From NCBI GenBank assembly GCA_965228895.1, contig OZ245842.1, positions 4,288,001-4,352,000 on the forward strand: a stretch of 64,000 nt of DNA. Direction: 5' to 3'. This document shows, one piece after another, positions 61,586 through 64,000 of this stretch (positions within the stretch are counted from its first letter, which is position 1; the number at the start of each line of letters is the position of its first letter). The notes under the pieces were generated by a model. It worked only from the letters and a program-made list of their open reading frames with translations, was not told the origin of the DNA and searched no databases. This DNA comes from Alphaproteobacteria bacterium (lineage in GTDB: Bacteria; Pseudomonadota; Alphaproteobacteria; SP197). The translations under genes and the position numbers were made by a program.

Positions 61586-63052
61586 ATGTCCTGGTTTGAC
61601 AAGCACACCGTGCCCGAGACGAAACACCGGAACGGTGAGGACGACCAGTCTGGCAGTCGTCTATCCAGACGCCGCCTTGTTCAGGCACTCGCACGACGGA
61701 ATGCCGAAGAGGTCCTGAACACCGGCCCGTGGTCAATTGCCATGGGCGTTTTGATTATCGTTGTCTACTCCGTCCAGATCTTCGACGGCAGCGAGACGTC
61801 CTATGACTGGGGCAGCTTCTGGGCCCTGCTTGCCACACTCCTCGCCCTGGCCTTGGCCTGTCTGGCGACGGGCGGGTTGCTCGGCTTTCTGTTTAGCATT
61901 CCGCGCACCGCATCCACCCCGCCGCCGCAACCGGAACCACAAGCCGAACCGCAAGGCGGCGAGGCGGCCGGCAACGGTCAGCCTGCTGCGCGCCGCAGCA
62001 ACCCTGTCGCCAGCCATAACGTCAACACGAACCTGGAAGAGATCTCCGACTGGCTGACGAAAATCGTCGTTGGCGTGACGCTGGTACAGCTCACCGAAAT
62101 CATCGGGTTTATCGACCAGATTACGGCGAACATCCAGGCTGGCTTTCCCAACGCATGTGAGGCGAACCAGACCGGATGCATCATCGGTCTGGGCACATTC
62201 TCTGCTGCGGTCATCATTCTCTTCTTCGCGATTGGGCTGCTGTTCGGCTACCTCTGGACACGCCTTATGGTGCAGGGCGCGATCAAGGACGCCGACCTCT
62301 CCTTGGTCGGAAAACTGAAGGACGAGGTCGAAGAAAAACGCGAAGCACTCGACCGCCAAAAGCACAAGGCTGACAGCGATGCCTCGGCGATCAGCTTGTC
62401 GACCAAAATTCTAACGGCGCCGCCTGACGCCGAACTGCCCAGCCAGGAGGCGATCAATGAGGCTCTGGTGGATGCCAGCAAGGACATCCGGTCGATCATT
62501 TTCTACCGCGCGCGCATTCAACGGTCCGAGAACAAATCGCCGCCGGACACCTCAAAGATGGAACGAACCATCCCAATCTTCTGCGCCCTTATCAACGCCG
62601 ACGTGAAACTGCATAGCGGCAAGCCAATCTATCACCAGAACTTCGCGCAACTCGCCTATGCGCTCAAAGATCGTCTGCCAAAATCGGGCTCCGACAAGAA
62701 TCCAGACGATTATCAGCAGGCCATCGGCTTCCTGGACAAGGCCATTCTCATTCGCCCCGATGACGAAGCTCAGAAATGGCCGCTCTACGAGTATAACCTG
62801 GCGCTATGCCAGATAAGGCTGGATCAGTCCTTTAACGCGGGTCAGGCCAATCCGGATGCGGAAGCCGTTAAGGTGGTCGTCGACAACCTGAAAGCCGCAT
62901 GCGCGGCACCGTGGATCAAGGACCATGTGGTGCCGGATGACCAATTGGTCGGCGCCTGGCTTGAGACGAACGGCCTGGAGGTGGCGGACTTGTTGGCGGG
63001 CAAAGAACAACAAACGCCACCACCAACGACGGACCCGCAAACCGCGAGCTAG
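61586..63052 (+). CDS. Multi-TM hypothetical protein with C-terminal TPR-like helices
   Basis: About four hydrophobic segments with GGLLGFLFSIPR, NTNLEEISDWLTKIVVGV and LFGYLWTRL; TPR-like AQLAYAL..DYQQAI..LDKAI..YNLALC. Confidence 0.75.
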   Translation: MSWFDKHTVPETKHRNGEDDQSGSRLSRRRLVQALARRNAEEVLNTGPWSIAMGVLIIVVYSVQIFDGSETSYDWGSFWALLATLLALALACLATGGLLGFLFSIPRTASTPPPQPEPQAEPQGGEAAGNGQPAARRSNPVASHNVNTNLEEISDWLTKIVVGVTLVQLTEIIGFIDQITANIQAGFPNACEANQTGCIIGLGTFSAAVIILFFAIGLLFGYLWTRLMVQGAIKDADLSLVGKLKDEVEEKREALDRQKHKADSDASAISLSTKILTAPPDAELPSQEAINEALVDASKDIRSIIFYRARIQRSENKSPPDTSKMERTIPIFCALINADVKLHSGKPIYHQNFAQLAYALKDRLPKSGSDKNPDDYQQAIGFLDKAILIRPDDEAQKWPLYEYNLALCQIRLDQSFNAGQANPDAEAVKVVVDNLKAACAAPWIKDHVVPDDQLVGAWLETNGLEVADLLAGKEQQTPPPTTDPQTAS

Positions 63053-64000
63053 CCCTCCTCGATCCGAAGCCGCTCGGCGTCAAGGCAGAGGGCGAGGATA
63101 AAGCCCAGGGCTGCAAAGGCGAATGGGAGCCAGAATGACTGCTGCATGCCTGCGGCAAAGGCATCGCCCAGGGCTGTGTGGATTTTGTCGGCGGCGTCGG
63201 CGCCGTACTTGGCGATGATGCCGCTTGCCGCCTCACCATGGGCGCTGGCGGTGTTGAGAGCCGCCTGATCGGCGGCCGTCACGTTGAGGCCGACGGCTTC
63301 GAAGGCACGCGCCAGCCCATCGCGGCTGGTCACAAACAGGATCGCGGTTGCGCCGGCGACGCCAATGGCGCCCAGGCCCAAATGGAACATGTAGGAAAGC
63401 CCGCCCGCCAATCCGGCGCGTGACGGATCGGCGGCGCTGACCGCCGCGGTCCCGGCCGGACCGAAGACAAGCGCGCCGCCGACGCCCATGACCAACATGG
63501 GCGCTATGGTGCCGACGTAACCCCACGACGTCGGCATGAAAACGATACCGAGTGACGCCAGCGCGGCAAGGGCGTAACCCGACGCTAGCAGGCGCTTGGG
63601 ACCAATGGTGTTGTAGAACCGTCCGATCGTCGTGTTGCCGATGGCGATCACGATCAGAATGGGCAGAATACCGATCGCCGACCACATCGCCGACCAGCCG
63701 AACACCTTGTGGTAGTACTGCGGCAGATAAAGGAACAGCAGCATGACCGGCGGCGTCATGAAGCCGTTCATCAGAAGCGCCAGTAGCACCTGATGGTTCT
63801 TCATCATGGGCGGCGGCACCATGGGATCGCGCACCCAGCGTTCGACAATGGGAAACGCGACAAACATCACGACGCTGAAGACGAAGAGGCCGACGACCGC
63901 CACCGACGTCCAGCCCCAGTCAGCGCCGATATCGAGGCCGTAGAGCAAACCGAAGACCGCCAGCGACAGGACGGCCATGCCGAGCACATCGATGCGTTCG
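63049..64000 (-). CDS. MFS transporter (DHA2/EmrB-like), 5' end outside the window
   Basis: D.LG..L motif, F...ER...DPM.P, YLPQY...VFGWS, RAGLAGG, AF..GM; many TM helices. Confidence 0.85.
   Translation of the reverse strand, partial: ERIDVLGMAVLSLAVFGLLYGLDIGADWGWTSVAVVGLFVFSVVMFVAFPIVERWVRDPMVPPPMMKNHQVLLALLMNGFMTPPVMLLFLYLPQYYHKVFGWSAMWSAIGILPILIVIAIGNTTIGRFYNTIGPKRLLASGYALAALASLGIVFMPTSWGYVGTIAPMLVMGVGGALVFGPAGTAAVSAADPSRAGLAGGLSYMFHLGLGAIGVAGATAILFVTSRDGLARAFEAVGLNVTAADQAALNTASAHGEAASGIIAKYGADAADKIHTALGDAFAAGMQQSFWLPFAFAALGFILALCLDAERLRIEEG

Overview
High-GC alphaproteobacterial chromosome; a Rhodospirillales-like lineage is inferred from gene content and order. Positions ~1-22,767 are a composite genomic island abutting the 3' end of tRNA-Ser(GGA) (22749-22838, minus strand); its left end is not in the window. 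From left to right the island holds: (1) an IS3-family element without target duplication that joins two truncated genes; (2) a Cys-rich secreted protein and an orphan HicB-like gene; (3) a module of a large serine recombinase, two ParB-like proteins and a divergent HTH gene; (4) a defence-like cargo: an uncharacterised helical protein coupled to an Mrr-like nuclease, a PHP+ATPase Ppl/TrlF-type protein, a stand-alone PD-(D/E)XK nuclease, and an RM-type controller (C) protein with an intact tandem C-box but no RM operon; (5) a compact module of RHH regulator, ParB-methyltransferase, TerS-like protein, intact TerL, DUF3489-like and DUF2924-like proteins and a second serine recombinase, with no portal, capsid, tail or replication gene. 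The remaining ~41 kb is core genome: lepA, pheST, rplT-rpmI, infC, thrS, glycosyltransferases, MscS, queG, fzlA, gltBD, uppP, tRNA-Leu, rnd, lptCAB, rpoN, a full PTS(Ntr)/HPrK/RapZ/EI cluster and ahcY. It also contains two copies of a CTAG-ended palindromic repeat, a stand-alone MshEN protein and an unusual TM+TPR protein. All family assignments come from motif recognition by eye; no database searches were run.
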